Source of the DNA: a virus
Lineage: Duplodnaviria > Heunggongvirae > Uroviricota > Caudoviricetes
Virus record (IMG/VR): IMGVR_UViG_2521172734_000002
Direction: 5' to 3' (one strand)
Length of the DNA: 39,005 bases
The notes under the pieces were generated by a model that ran no database searches, was not told the origin of the DNA, and saw nothing but the letters and a program-made list of their open reading frames with translations. Shown one piece after another: positions 1 to 9,339 of this stretch. A program made the translations under genes and the position numbers. Position 1 is the stretch's first letter, and each line of letters starts with the position of its first letter.

Positions 1-1053
1 TTACGGGGTAATGCCAACCGCTGCCGCCACTTTGTCGCCACTTGGCAGCGTTGCCAGAGGATTGAAACGGAGCGCCGTTTCCAGATGATCCGGTGCCAGA
101 TGTGCGTAACGCATAGTCATTTTTATATCGTGGTGTCCGAGAATTTTTTGTAAGGCCAGAATGTTTCCACCCGACATCATGAAGTGCGCCGCAAACGTAT
201 GGCGCAGAACGTGTGTGAGTTGACCGCGAGGGAGCACGATAGACGTTTTTTCCATCACGGATAAAAATTGAAAATAGCAGTCTGTGAAGAAATTGAACCC
301 ATCAAGCGCCATGATCTCTTCGTAAAGCTCTTTACTGATAGGGATGCTTCTGTTTTTCTTCCCCTTCGTTCTGACAAAGGTAATTCGGTATTTGGTCACC
401 TGTGAGCGAGTAAGATTTACGGCTTCACGCCAGCGTGCGCCTGTGCTTAAGCATATCTTAACTACCAGTGCCAGAATTGGGTCCTGACGTTTGCAATCAG
501 CCAGCAATTCAACAATCTGCTCATGGGTAAGCCATGCCATCTCTTTTTCTGCGATGGTGAATTTTCGCATGTTCTCCAGTGGGTTCGGATACGACCATTC
601 GCCCAGACGGGATAGTTCGCTAAAAACACTACTTAGATAGCTTTGCTCCAGGTTAATGGTGACCGGGCTTGCTCCTTTCTTCCATTTCTCGCTGAAGTAG
701 ATCTCGCCTGTCAGGCGTTTATCTCGATAGTGGGCAAACATTTTAGAGGTGAGATCGGTTGCAAGAGGATTGCCCAGAGCGTCAACCATCAACAGCAATT
801 TGTCATAGACATGCTGCCCAGCTGTCAGAGATTTACCATGTAGTTTGAACCATAGTTCAACCACGTCTTTCAGTGTTCGACGATCCACTGATTCACCCAG
901 CCAGGGCTTTGCTTCGGTTTCTTCCATCGTGTGACGCTCAAAAGCCAGAGCTTCGCCTTTGGTGGCGAATTGTTTACGCACACGACGTCCACTACGTCCG
1001 GCGGGGTAACATTCGCAAAGCCATTTTCCTGTGGTGAGTTTTCGTACTGCCAT
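1..1053 (-). CDS. int: Phage integrase (tyrosine recombinase), P2/186 type
   Basis: 350-aa ORF; C-terminal recombinase signature HVLRHTFA...GHHDIKMTMRYAHL (R-H-R-Y motifs); stop codon at 1-3; putative att core lies inside its 3' end. Confidence 0.9.
   Translation of the reverse strand: MAVRKLTTGKWLCECYPAGRSGRRVRKQFATKGEALAFERHTMEETEAKPWLGESVDRRTLKDVVELWFKLHGKSLTAGQHVYDKLLLMVDALGNPLATDLTSKMFAHYRDKRLTGEIYFSEKWKKGASPVTINLEQSYLSSVFSELSRLGEWSYPNPLENMRKFTIAEKEMAWLTHEQIVELLADCKRQDPILALVVKICLSTGARWREAVNLTRSQVTKYRITFVRTKGKKNRSIPISKELYEEIMALDGFNFFTDCYFQFLSVMEKTSIVLPRGQLTHVLRHTFAAHFMMSGGNILALQKILGHHDIKMTMRYAHLAPDHLETALRFNPLATLPSGDKVAAAVGITP
19..40. repeat. Putative attL core (cgctgccgccactttgtcgcca)
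   Basis: 22-bp direct repeat of 36151-36172 with one mismatch; flanking sequence on both sides is unrelated; positions match the expected prophage ends (int side and ogr side). Confidence 0.55.
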
Positions 1054-1077
1054 AAAAAAGCCCTCATATCAGAGGGC
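1054..1077 (-). terminator. Rho-independent terminator-like hairpin abutting the int start codon
   Basis: Minus strand reads GCCCTC-tgatat-GAGGGC followed by TTTTTT and then the int ATG; lies 60 nt downstream of the 1137-2813 gene. Confidence 0.55.
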
Positions 1078-1136
1078 TAAATTTAACTGTATATACAACC
1101 AGTAATCAATGTGTGATTACTATGAAACATACATTG

Positions 1137-2813
1137 CTAAGCAACATGCAGTTCATCGTTGGCGGAAGTTGCTGCTTTGCGCTCTTGCTCAATCGCCAGT
1201 GACTCTCTATATTCTTTCGCTTCCGCAAACATTGTCCATTGTGCGTTGATGTTCATATCTTCAATAACAGACTTAATTTCTTTAATATTTACGTTGAAAA
1301 ACTCTTTTCGTGAGTTAATTTTATTGACCTGTTTTTCGTTGAAGACTTTATGCAGATGATTTTCTAATGATGGTGCATCATCACTATAAATCATCGCATG
1401 AACATCGAATGAAAAAGGAACACTAGCATCACCGAGTTCACGAACACGATCAAGTGGTTCAAGGCGGCGTGTCATTCCAATTTTATATACATCTTCGCCA
1501 AATGAGCCAATATTACTAATTATATAAACGTGGCCTGATCTAGTTTGTTGAGCCATAGAAATAGCTCGTTGGTTTTTAGCTTCAGCTTCTTCATATTTTA
1601 ACTGTAGTTCAGCTATTTTTTGCTCTAAAGCTAAGCGTTGTTCTTCATTTGCAAGCATAAGCTCTTTTGTTGCTTTATTTATAGCTTGCTGAATAGCTTT
1701 CTCTTCTTTTTCAGCTTCTTTTATCGCTTTTTCATACTCCCTACGAGCTCTTTCCTCTTCACGAAGTTGTTCTTTAATCCTTCTTTGCTCTTCTTTTTCT
1801 TCGAGCATAATTTCATTAACTGCAACTCCCCATTTTAGCTCGTTGAGTCGAGCTTGAAGATAGATGTCACTTATTTTTGCGGACCTAAAGGCAGAACCAT
1901 TGTAATTTACAAGTTGAAACGCATCTTTTATCTCTTGGGAAAGTTTTCCAAAATTGTTGTGTTTGACTTTTGATAAAATACTGTCAACTCTTCCATTGAA
2001 GGCATCTAAAACAAAGTTGATAGCAGTATTACGCCTGTTTTGTTCAACATAATCACACGAAGCAGCTTTATTAGTTTTTATTAATGATTTTGTTAACTCC
2101 CTGGCTTTTTGTAATTCCTTACCTGCATCTGTAAACTCATAATTTTCTGCCAATTCATCGAGAACGCTACGGTTAGGGATGATCCATTCATCACCATAAC
2201 CTTCAATTTTATTTTTCATTGATTTGGCAACTGCTTCATATTTTTCTGCAAACTCTTTAGCTTCATATGCTGAACCAGCAATCTCTTTTGCTCTTTCTTC
2301 TGCATCGGAAATAATTTTCACTGCATTGTCATTAGCATTTGAGATCAGCTCATTTGCTTTACTATTGGCATTATCAAGACGTTCTTTAGCTTTCAGGCGT
2401 GCATCGCGAGCGTCTTTAGTAATTGCTATAGCTTCGCTATTAGCGTTGCTTATTTTTATCTGAGCTTGATAATTTGCTTCGTTTACTGTCTTAGCAGCCT
2501 TTATTTGGGCTTCTTCTATTTTTTGCCTGGCTATTGAGTCTGCATTTTTTATCTTATTCTCTGCTTCCATCACTGCGCTGTGCAATTCTACGTATTGCCA
2601 TAATGGCGCAGCTCGTCCTTCAAGCTCTGATAGATCTCGTACAGTCTGTGCTAATTCTTCTTGATTTTCTTTCAGTTGGTTGGAAAGGGCTATGTTGTTA
2701 GCTGTCAAGGTATTTATAGCCGCTTTATGTTTTTTGCTTTGCTTAAATAATATTACAGCTAGAATGGGGGCGAGAAATGCTAATAAGAATATAACGATGG
2801 AAAATGAATTCAT
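1137..2813 (-). CDS. Membrane-anchored coiled-coil protein with C-terminal T5orf172 / GIY-YIG-like domain (DUF4041-T5orf172-like architecture); candidate lysogen-expressed defence protein
   Basis: 558-aa ORF; N-terminal hydrophobic helix FSIVIFLLAFLAPILAVILF; long Ala/Lys/Glu-rich region with NANS/NAND repeats; C-terminal GHVYIISN...VYKIGMT...PFSFDVH module; AGGA RBS 7-8 nt upstream; visibly AT-rich; sits between cI and int on the same strand. Confidence 0.8.
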   Translation of the reverse strand: MNSFSIVIFLLAFLAPILAVILFKQSKKHKAAINTLTANNIALSNQLKENQEELAQTVRDLSELEGRAAPLWQYVELHSAVMEAENKIKNADSIARQKIEEAQIKAAKTVNEANYQAQIKISNANSEAIAITKDARDARLKAKERLDNANSKANELISNANDNAVKIISDAEERAKEIAGSAYEAKEFAEKYEAVAKSMKNKIEGYGDEWIIPNRSVLDELAENYEFTDAGKELQKARELTKSLIKTNKAASCDYVEQNRRNTAINFVLDAFNGRVDSILSKVKHNNFGKLSQEIKDAFQLVNYNGSAFRSAKISDIYLQARLNELKWGVAVNEIMLEEKEEQRRIKEQLREEERARREYEKAIKEAEKEEKAIQQAINKATKELMLANEEQRLALEQKIAELQLKYEEAEAKNQRAISMAQQTRSGHVYIISNIGSFGEDVYKIGMTRRLEPLDRVRELGDASVPFSFDVHAMIYSDDAPSLENHLHKVFNEKQVNKINSRKEFFNVNIKEIKSVIEDMNINAQWTMFAEAKEYRESLAIEQERKAATSANDELHVA

Positions 2814-2833
2814 TTTTAAATCCTTTTACTATA

Positions 2834-3430
2834 TTAATTTGAAACTATTGTACTTCTTATACAAGCAACTACTTCAATATCAGAAAATGCACATTCAAAG
2901 CTATTCTCTGTACTTGTAATTTTAATCATACCTTTTGGAAGCTTTGTGATTTTTCGAATGGAATAGGTTCCGTCGATGTTGATTAACCAGTGCCCATCAA
3001 GTACTTCAGAAAATTTTTGATCACAAATGTATGTGACGAGCCCATCCTGAATAACAATTGGTGATGAAAGATTTGCAGGAAGAAATGATGAATCGAAGAC
3101 ATATGAACCATCTTCAATCATTTTGCCTGCGGTAAGGCGAAACTTGGCAAGCTCTTCTGTAGCTGCTGTCAGCGAGCTTTGCTTAAGGCCTTGCCCGGTG
3201 GTTAACCATTTCAGTGAGGTTCCTGTTTCAAGAGCACATTGGATTATCCAGTCTGCAGGAAACGTATCCCGCAAATACCTGTTCGCCAGAGTGCTTTTTG
3301 ATACTTCCAAGTGATCAGCTAAAGCCTGTCGTGTCGTAAAGCCATAAGCTTCGACTAATCGCTCAATCGCAGCCTTACCACCTTTATTGGGATTTATTTT
3401 GATCTCATTTGGGTACTTTGATGTTGACAT
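2834..3430 (-). CDS. cI: Immunity repressor, phage 186 CI-like
   Basis: 198-aa ORF divergent from the apl/cII operon; N-terminal HTH-like segment (AIERLVEAYGFTTRQALADHLEVSKSTLANR); position between int and the excisionase-like gene. Confidence 0.75.
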   Translation of the reverse strand: MSTSKYPNEIKINPNKGGKAAIERLVEAYGFTTRQALADHLEVSKSTLANRYLRDTFPADWIIQCALETGTSLKWLTTGQGLKQSSLTAATEELAKFRLTAGKMIEDGSYVFDSSFLPANLSSPIVIQDGLVTYICDQKFSEVLDGHWLINIDGTYSIRKITKLPKGMIKITSTENSFECAFSDIEVVACIRSTIVSN

Positions 3431-3477
3431 ATCTCTTTTGCGATCCTAGTATCAATTTTGTCCCCATTTGGGTACTT
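3406..3477 (+). promoter_or_regulatory. Putative lysis-lysogeny switch: sigma70-like early promoter with flanking direct repeats
   Basis: -35 TTGACA (3424-3429), 17-nt spacer, -10 TAGTAT (3447-3452); two direct copies of CATTTGGGTACTT at 3406-3418 and 3465-3477 flank it; the -35 overlaps the cI start codon. Confidence 0.4.
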
Positions 3478-3525
3478 GTCACGATTACTACAGGCTCACC
3501 ACAAGCCAATAGGAGATGTTGCATC

Positions 3526-3747
3526 ATGACCCCTAACATTTCAATAACTCTGAATACGCCACATGTCACAATTGAGCGTTATAGCGAACTTACTGGTCTT
3601 TCTATCGACACCATCAACGATATGCTGGCTGATGGTCGCATCCCTCGCCATCGCCTTCGGAAAGACAAGAAAAGAGAAAAGGTAATGATCAACCTTGCTG
3701 CTCTTACCGTTGATGCACTTACTGATTGCAATGTTGTATTCAACTAG
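3526..3747 (+). CDS. apl: Apl/Cox-like excisionase / transcriptional regulator
   Basis: 73-aa ORF from ATG 3526 with AGGAGA RBS at 3511-3516; first gene of the rightward early operon, divergent from cI; small basic protein. Confidence 0.65.
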   Translation: MTPNISITLNTPHVTIERYSELTGLSIDTINDMLADGRIPRHRLRKDKKREKVMINLAALTVDALTDCNVVFN

Positions 3748-3779
3748 TTCCATTTTGGGATACATCAGGGGTGTCGACT

Positions 3780-4289
3780 ATGTTTGATTACCAAGTTTCC
3801 AAACATCCACATTTTGACGAAGCCTGTCGTGCATTCGCACTGCGCCACAACCTGGTGCAACTGGCAGAACGTGCAGGCATGAATGTACAGATTCTGCGGA
3901 ACAAGCTGAACCCAGCTCAACCTCATTTATTAACCGCACCAGAAATCTGGTTGCTTACCGATCTGACTGAAGATTCAACGCTGGTAGATGGCTTTCTGGC
4001 ACAGATTCACTGCCTGCCATGTGTACCGATTAATGAGGTGGCAAAAGAGAAACTGCCGCATTATGTCATGAGTGCAACCGCAGAGATCGGGCGTGTTGCT
4101 GCAGGTGCGGTATCCGGCGATGTAAAAACCAGTGCAGGTCGTCGTGATGCTATCAGCAGCATTAACTCTGTAACACGGCTGATGGCGCTGGCCGCTGTTT
4201 CATTGCAGGCCCGTTTACAGGCTAATCCTGCGATGGCGAGTGCAGTTGATACCGTTACTGGCCTCGGTGCTTCATTCGGTTTGCTGTGA
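3780..4289 (+). CDS. cII: CII-like lysogeny establishment regulator (186 CII-like)
   Basis: 169-aa ORF from ATG 3780 (the same length I recall for 186 CII); position immediately after apl. Confidence 0.65.
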   Translation: MFDYQVSKHPHFDEACRAFALRHNLVQLAERAGMNVQILRNKLNPAQPHLLTAPEIWLLTDLTEDSTLVDGFLAQIHCLPCVPINEVAKEKLPHYVMSATAEIGRVAAGAVSGDVKTSAGRRDAISSINSVTRLMALAAVSLQARLQANPAMASAVDTVTGLGASFGLL

Positions 4290-4296
4290 GGTGCTT

Positions 4297-4497
4297 ATGC
4301 TGACGAAAGAACCATCATTTGCATCGCTGCTGGTAAAACAAAGCCCGGCAATGCACTACGGTCACGGCTGGATCATGGGGGAGGATGGTAAACGCTGGCA
4401 TCCGTGCCGTTCACAGGATGAATTGCTGGCAGAACTATCTACGAAAAAACGGGGGAACAAATGGCTATTGAAGGCGCTGCGGCAACTGTTCCATTAA
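4297..4497 (+). CDS. Small early protein, function unknown
   Basis: 66-aa ORF from ATG 4297 with GAGG 5 nt upstream; in the early operon. Confidence 0.5.
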   Translation: MLTKEPSFASLLVKQSPAMHYGHGWIMGEDGKRWHPCRSQDELLAELSTKKRGNKWLLKALRQLFH

Positions 4498-4802
4498 GCC
4501 CCGGTGAACGCCTGAATGGACTTAATCACATTGCGGAGTTAAGGGCGAAAGTTTTTGGCCTGAATATTGAGTCAGAGCTTGAGCGGTTTATTAAAGATAT
4601 GCGTGATCCACGGGATATCAATAATGAACAAAATAAACGAGCACTGGCTGCCATATTCTTTATGGCAAAAATTCCAGCTGAACGTCATAGTATCAGCATT
4701 AATGAGCTGACCACTGACGAAAAGCGGGAGCTGATTAAAGCAATGAATCATTTTCGTGCAGTGGTGAGCTTATTTCCCAGACGGCTAACCATGCCGAATT
4801 AA
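4461..4802 (+). CDS. Early-region hypothetical protein
   Basis: 113-aa ORF; GGGGGA RBS before ATG 4461; overlaps the preceding gene end as in packed phage operons. Confidence 0.5.
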   Translation: MAIEGAAATVPLSPGERLNGLNHIAELRAKVFGLNIESELERFIKDMRDPRDINNEQNKRALAAIFFMAKIPAERHSISINELTTDEKRELIKAMNHFRAVVSLFPRRLTMPN

Positions 4803-4869
4803 CCAACTAATGAAATTAATGGCGTAAACCCGCCGGGCATCCCTTTATCTAAATTCAGGAGAATTGATT

Positions 4870-5103
4870 ATGCGTAATATTGAAACCCTCACGACTAAAA
4901 CCGGACCGGATGACGCAGGGCTTAATATTTTACTGACAGAGGCTCGTCTGGAAGAACGCCGGGCAAGGGCTGAAGCAATGGCAGCTCGCCTTGATAGCCT
5001 GGCGTGTCATATCTCATCCCGTCAGCTAAACCACGTGGAAGCGGCAGAACTGCTGCGTGTGACTGCTGAAGCAATCCAGAACGAAGCGCAGGAGATCCAC
5101 TAA
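4870..5103 (+). CDS. Early-region hypothetical protein
   Basis: 77-aa ORF from ATG 4870; AGGAG RBS at 4856-4860. Confidence 0.5.
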   Translation: MRNIETLTTKTGPDDAGLNILLTEARLEERRARAEAMAARLDSLACHISSRQLNHVEAAELLRVTAEAIQNEAQEIH

Positions 5104-5330
5104 TGGCTGATGCAATGGATCTCGTACAGCAGCGCGTTGAAGAAGAACGCCAGCGCCATATCCGTGCTGCCCGTGCCAAAACGCCGGGCGTGTCCCGCGT
5201 GCTTTGCGTTGAGTGTGAAGCGCCAATTCCGCCAGCACGCCGCCGTGCCATTCCGGGTGTGCAGCTTTGCATTACATGTCAGGAAATCGCAGAGCTGAAA
5301 GGCAAACATTACAACGGAGGTGCTGTATGA
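5103..5330 (+). CDS. TraR/DksA-family C4 zinc-finger protein
   Basis: 75-aa ORF with CxxC...CxxC (CVECEAPIP...CITCQE); start overlaps the upstream stop. Confidence 0.7.
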   Translation: MADAMDLVQQRVEEERQRHIRAARAKTPGVSRVLCVECEAPIPPARRRAIPGVQLCITCQEIAELKGKHYNGGAV

Positions 5331-6184
5331 GCACCATCTTGAAATGGGCGGGAAATAAAACCGCCGTAATGTCCGAACTGAAAAAACATCTTCCTGCTGG
5401 TCCGCGACTAGTTGAACCTTTCGCGGGTTCCTGTGCTGTGATGATGGAGACGGATTATCCCTGCTATCTGGTTGCGGATATTAATCCTGATTTAATCAAC
5501 CTCTATAAAAAGGTTGCCGCTGATTGTGAATCGTTTATATCTCGCGCCAAAGTTTTATTTGAGATCGCAAACAGGGAGGTGGCTTATTACAACATAAGGC
5601 AGGAGTTTAATTACTCAACTGAAATTACTGATTTCATGAAAGCGGTATATTTCCTGTATCTCAATCGTCACGGTTACCGTGGGTTATGTCGCTATAACAA
5701 GAGCGGGCATTTCAACATTCCCTACGGTAATTATAAAAATCCGTATTTCCCTGAAAAAGAAATTCGCGCTTTTGCAGAAAAAGCCCAGCGAGCAACGTTT
5801 ATCTGCGCCAGCTTTGATGAAACGCTGGCGATGTTGAAGGCGGGGGATGTGGTGTATTGCGATCCGCCTTATGACGGTACGTTTTCCGGCTATCACGCTG
5901 ACGGCTTTACTGAAGATGACCAGTATCACCTGGCATCCGTTCTTGAACATCGGTCATCAGAAGGACATCCGGTCATTGTTTCTAACAGTGACACATCCCT
6001 GATCCGTTCGCTGTATCGCAATTTTACTCACCACTATATCAAGGTAAAACGCAGCATCGGCGTAGCAGCTGGTGAGAGTAAATCAGCAACAGAAATCATT
6101 GCTGTTTCCGGGCCGCGCTGCTGGGTGGGATTTGATTATTCGCGTGGCGTGGATAGTTCTGCCGTGTACGGAGTACGTGCATGA
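5327..6184 (+). CDS. dam: DNA adenine methyltransferase (Dam-like, D12 class N6-MTase), orphan
   Basis: 285 aa from ATG 5327 (GGAGG RBS); N-terminal KWAGNK SAM-binding motif and catalytic DPPY (CDPPYDGTF); no adjacent restriction endonuclease gene. Confidence 0.85.
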   Translation: MSTILKWAGNKTAVMSELKKHLPAGPRLVEPFAGSCAVMMETDYPCYLVADINPDLINLYKKVAADCESFISRAKVLFEIANREVAYYNIRQEFNYSTEITDFMKAVYFLYLNRHGYRGLCRYNKSGHFNIPYGNYKNPYFPEKEIRAFAEKAQRATFICASFDETLAMLKAGDVVYCDPPYDGTFSGYHADGFTEDDQYHLASVLEHRSSEGHPVIVSNSDTSLIRSLYRNFTHHYIKVKRSIGVAAGESKSATEIIAVSGPRCWVGFDYSRGVDSSAVYGVRA

Positions 6185-8595
6185 GCCATGCCGATATGAG
6201 CAACTGCTGCGGCTTTAACGAGGCTGCCGCATCGTTCTCATGGAACAGCCCGAAAAAGGCCATTAACCCTTATCTGGACCCGGCGGAAGTTGCGCCGGTT
6301 TCTGCGCTTTCAAACCTGATCACTCTGTACGCTGCCGATAACGAGCAGGAACAACTGCGCCGCGAGGCACTGAGTGATCAGGTCTGGGAGCGTTATTTCT
6401 TTAATGAATCCCGTGATCCTGTCCAACGCGAAATGGAGCAGGATAAGCTCATTAGCCGGGCAAAGTTGGCGCATGAGCAGCAGCGTTTTAACCCGGACAT
6501 GGTCATTCTGGCAGACGTCAGCGCCCAGCCCTCCCATATCAGCAAGCCGCTGATGCAACGTATTGAATACTTCAGCAGCCTGGGCAGGCCAAAGGCTTAT
6601 TCCCGCTATTTACGTGAGACGATTAAGCCATGTCTGGAACGACTGGAGCATGTACGCGACAGCCAGCTATCTGCATCTTTTCGTTTTATGGCAAGCCATG
6701 TAGGGCTGGACGGCCTGCTGATTCTGCCTGAAATGAGTCAGGATCAGGTGAAACGCCTGTCTACCCTTGTCGCTGCGCATATGAGCATGTGCCTTGATGC
6801 AGCTTGTGGTGATTTGTATGCCACCGATGACGTTAAGCCAGAAGAAATCCGCAAGACATGGGAAAAGGTGGCAGCGGAAACCCTGCGTCTGGATGTCATC
6901 CCGCCTGCGTTTGAGCAACTCCGTCGGAAAAGAAACCGCCGTAAACCCGTGCCCTATGAACTCATTCCGGGTTCGCTGGCGCGTATGTTGTGCGCCGACT
7001 GGTGGTACCGGAAATTATGGAAAATGCGTTGCGAATGGCGGGAAGAGCAGTTGCGTGCTGTCTGCCTGGTCAGCAAAAAAGCATCTCCCTATGTCAGCTA
7101 TGAAGCCGTGATGCATAAACGTGAGCAGCGCCGCAAGTCACTGGAGTTTTTCCGTTCTCATGAACTGGTGAACGAAGAGGGCGACACGCTGGATATGGAA
7201 GACGTGGTAAACGCCAGCAGCAGCAACCCGGCGCACCGCCGCAATGAGATGATGGCCTGTGTTAAAGGTCTGGAGCTTATCGCGGAAATGCGCGGTGACT
7301 GCGCCGTTTTCTACACCATTACCTGTCCGTCACGTTTCCATTCCACGCTCAATAACGGCAGACCAAACCCAACCTGGACAAATGCGACGGTAAGACAAAG
7401 CAGCGATTATCTGGTCGGCATGTTTGCTGCATTTCGTAAGGCGATGCACAAAGCCGGGTTGCGCTGGTATGGCGTGCGGGTGGCTGAGCCGCATCATGAC
7501 GGTACAGTTCACTGGCACCTGTTGTGTTTCATGCGCAAAAAAGACCGCCGCGCCATTACTGCATTGTTGCGTAAGTTTGCCATCCGTGAAGACCGCGAGG
7601 AACTGGGTAATAACACTGGTCCACGCTTTAAATCTGAGCTGATAAACCCGCGCAAAGGAACGCCGACAAGCTACATCGCGAAATACATCAGTAAGAACAT
7701 TGACGGGCGTGGTCTGGCTGGCGAGATCAGCAAGGAAACGGGTAAATCCCTGCGTGATAACGCTGAATACGTTAATGCCTGGGCGTCTCTGCATCGTGTT
7801 CAGCAATTCCGCTTCTTTGGTATTCCGGGACGTCAGGCTTACCGTGAACTTCGCTTGCTGGCTGGTCAGGCGGCAAGGCAACAGGGTGACAAAAAAGCAG
7901 GTGCGCCGGTACTGGATAACCCGCGTCTTGATGCCATTCTGGCTGCTGCTGATGCTGGTTGTTTTGCCACCTACATCATGAAGCAGGGCGGCGTACTGGT
8001 TCCCCGCAAATATCACCTCATCAGAACCGCTTATGAAATCAACGAAGAGCCAACCGCCTATGGCGATCACGGTATTCGTATTTATGGCATCTGGTCACCC
8101 ATTGCAGAGGGCAAGATCTGCACTCATGCAGTGAAGTGGAAAATGGTTCGTAAGGCCGTTGACGTTCAGGAGGCGGCAGCCGACCAGGGCGCTTGCGCCC
8201 CTTGGACTCGTGGCAATAACTGTCCCCTTGCTGAAAATTTGAACCAACAAGGGAAAGACAAATCAGCTGATGGGGATACCAGAACGGACATTACCCGCAT
8301 GGATGACAAGGAGTTGCACGAATACCTGCACAGTATGAGCAAAAAAGAGCGCCGGGAACTGGCTGCAAGGTTACGCCTGGTGAAACCGAAACGGCGTAAA
8401 GACTACAAACAGCGAATTACAGACCATCAGCGACAGCAGCTCGTCTATGAACTGAAGTCCAGAGGATTTGATGGCAGCGAGAAAGAGGTCGATTTACTCC
8501 TTCGCGGCGGCAGTATTCCGTCAGGAGCAGGCCTGCGTATCTTCTATCGGAACCAGCGTTTGCAGGAAGATGATAAGTGGCGGAACCTGTATTAA
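6181..8595 (+). CDS. A: Replication initiation protein A (rolling-circle nickase, P2 gpA-like)
   Basis: 804-aa ORF; His-hydrophobic-His motif (TVHWHLLCF) and paired active-site tyrosines (SYIAKYISK); ATGA overlap with the dam stop. Confidence 0.9.
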   Translation: MSHADMSNCCGFNEAAASFSWNSPKKAINPYLDPAEVAPVSALSNLITLYAADNEQEQLRREALSDQVWERYFFNESRDPVQREMEQDKLISRAKLAHEQQRFNPDMVILADVSAQPSHISKPLMQRIEYFSSLGRPKAYSRYLRETIKPCLERLEHVRDSQLSASFRFMASHVGLDGLLILPEMSQDQVKRLSTLVAAHMSMCLDAACGDLYATDDVKPEEIRKTWEKVAAETLRLDVIPPAFEQLRRKRNRRKPVPYELIPGSLARMLCADWWYRKLWKMRCEWREEQLRAVCLVSKKASPYVSYEAVMHKREQRRKSLEFFRSHELVNEEGDTLDMEDVVNASSSNPAHRRNEMMACVKGLELIAEMRGDCAVFYTITCPSRFHSTLNNGRPNPTWTNATVRQSSDYLVGMFAAFRKAMHKAGLRWYGVRVAEPHHDGTVHWHLLCFMRKKDRRAITALLRKFAIREDREELGNNTGPRFKSELINPRKGTPTSYIAKYISKNIDGRGLAGEISKETGKSLRDNAEYVNAWASLHRVQQFRFFGIPGRQAYRELRLLAGQAARQQGDKKAGAPVLDNPRLDAILAAADAGCFATYIMKQGGVLVPRKYHLIRTAYEINEEPTAYGDHGIRIYGIWSPIAEGKICTHAVKWKMVRKAVDVQEAAADQGACAPWTRGNNCPLAENLNQQGKDKSADGDTRTDITRMDDKELHEYLHSMSKKERRELAARLRLVKPKRRKDYKQRITDHQRQQLVYELKSRGFDGSEKEVDLLLRGGSIPSGAGLRIFYRNQRLQEDDKWRNLY

Positions 8596-8687
8596 TTACG
8601 CGGGTTAACAATTCGTGCTCTTAATAATACCAGGCATTTCAGGCTGATGAACGTAAAAAAACGTTTTACATCAGTAAGATTATTATA

Positions 8688-8707
8688 TACTGTAAATATA
8701 AACAGTG
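8688..8707 (+). promoter_or_regulatory. LexA (SOS) box overlapping a promoter
   Basis: TACTGTaaatataaACAGTG fits the CTGT-N8-ACAG consensus; about 40 bp upstream of the 8748 ORF; an adjacent TATATACAGTA half-site follows. Confidence 0.6.
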
Positions 8708-8747
8708 GTTATATATACAGTATTACTTTGGTGTCATAGGAGGAAAG

Positions 8748-8936
8748 ATGCAGGACTATTTTTTGGAGTCTTTGAAGCTCCAGCGCATTGATTTTTTTCT
8801 TAAGCTTGTAGCGGCTAGTGAGTGTAGTGATGAAGAGAAGGGGCTGGCTCTGCAGTGGGTTTCTGAATTGACTGATGAACTCATGGCAAAAATCAGAACC
8901 CACGAATACAACCGCTCAATGGATGTCATCAGCTGA
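8748..8936 (+). CDS. Small SOS-controlled protein; possible Tum-like antirepressor N-terminal module
   Basis: 62-aa ORF with strong AGGAGG RBS 5 nt upstream; directly downstream of the LexA box; directly upstream of the DinI-like gene. Confidence 0.45.
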   Translation: MQDYFLESLKLQRIDFFLKLVAASECSDEEKGLALQWVSELTDELMAKIRTHEYNRSMDVIS

Positions 8937-8946
8937 GGTGACCTTT

Positions 8947-9180
8947 ATGCGCATTGAAATAATGATCGATAAAGAGCAGAAGATTAGCCAGTCTACCCTG
9001 GACGCCCTTGAATCCGAGCTTTACCGCAATCTGCGCCCCCTGTATCCCAAAATGGTAATTCGCATCCGCAAAGGTAGCTCTAACGGTGTGGAACTGACCG
9101 GACTGCAACTGGACGAAGAAAGAAAACAAGTGATGAAGATTATGCAGAAGGTGTGGGAAGACGACAGCTGGCTGCATTAA
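8947..9180 (+). CDS. DinI-family protein
   Basis: 77-aa ORF starting MRIEIMIDKEQ... and ending ...WEDDSWLH, resembling E. coli DinI in length and termini. Confidence 0.7.
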   Translation: MRIEIMIDKEQKISQSTLDALESELYRNLRPLYPKMVIRIRKGSSNGVELTGLQLDEERKQVMKIMQKVWEDDSWLH

Positions 9181-9339
9181 GAAAAGTTGCTGGCGTCTGA
9201 ACTTGATTCTGGCGTCAGCAAGGTTGAACAACGAGTACAGTGAGGCGTTAGGTGTGGCGTTTATTTGATGAGTGAACGCCCGTTCTGCGACAGGTTCGGA
9301 GATTAAGGTTGAAACTACGGGCAAAATACCATCTTTTTC

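Noticed and set aside
1086-1100. CTGTATATACAACC resembling half a LexA box near the int start
   Set aside because: The second half-site (ACAG at N8 spacing) is missing, so it is unlikely to be a functional SOS box, unlike the site at 8688-8707.
3409-3525. N-terminal extension of the Apl-like ORF (ORF track start at 3409)
   Set aside because: The extension overlaps the cI start and promoter region and lacks an RBS; ATG 3526 with the AGGAGA RBS is the more plausible start.
7330-8070. 246-aa minus-strand ORF inside replication gene A; similar long antisense ORFs at 15486-16148, 32693-33721 and 34555-35205
   Set aside because: They lie entirely inside strongly supported phage genes on the opposite strand, have no RBS, and have low-complexity Arg/Ala/Ser/Pro-rich translations typical of shadow ORFs in GC-rich coding DNA.
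9181-9339. Direct repeat CTGGCGTC x2 and a weak dyad downstream of the DinI-like gene
   Set aside because: No convincing stem plus T-tract; too short and too weak to call a terminator or a regulatory site.
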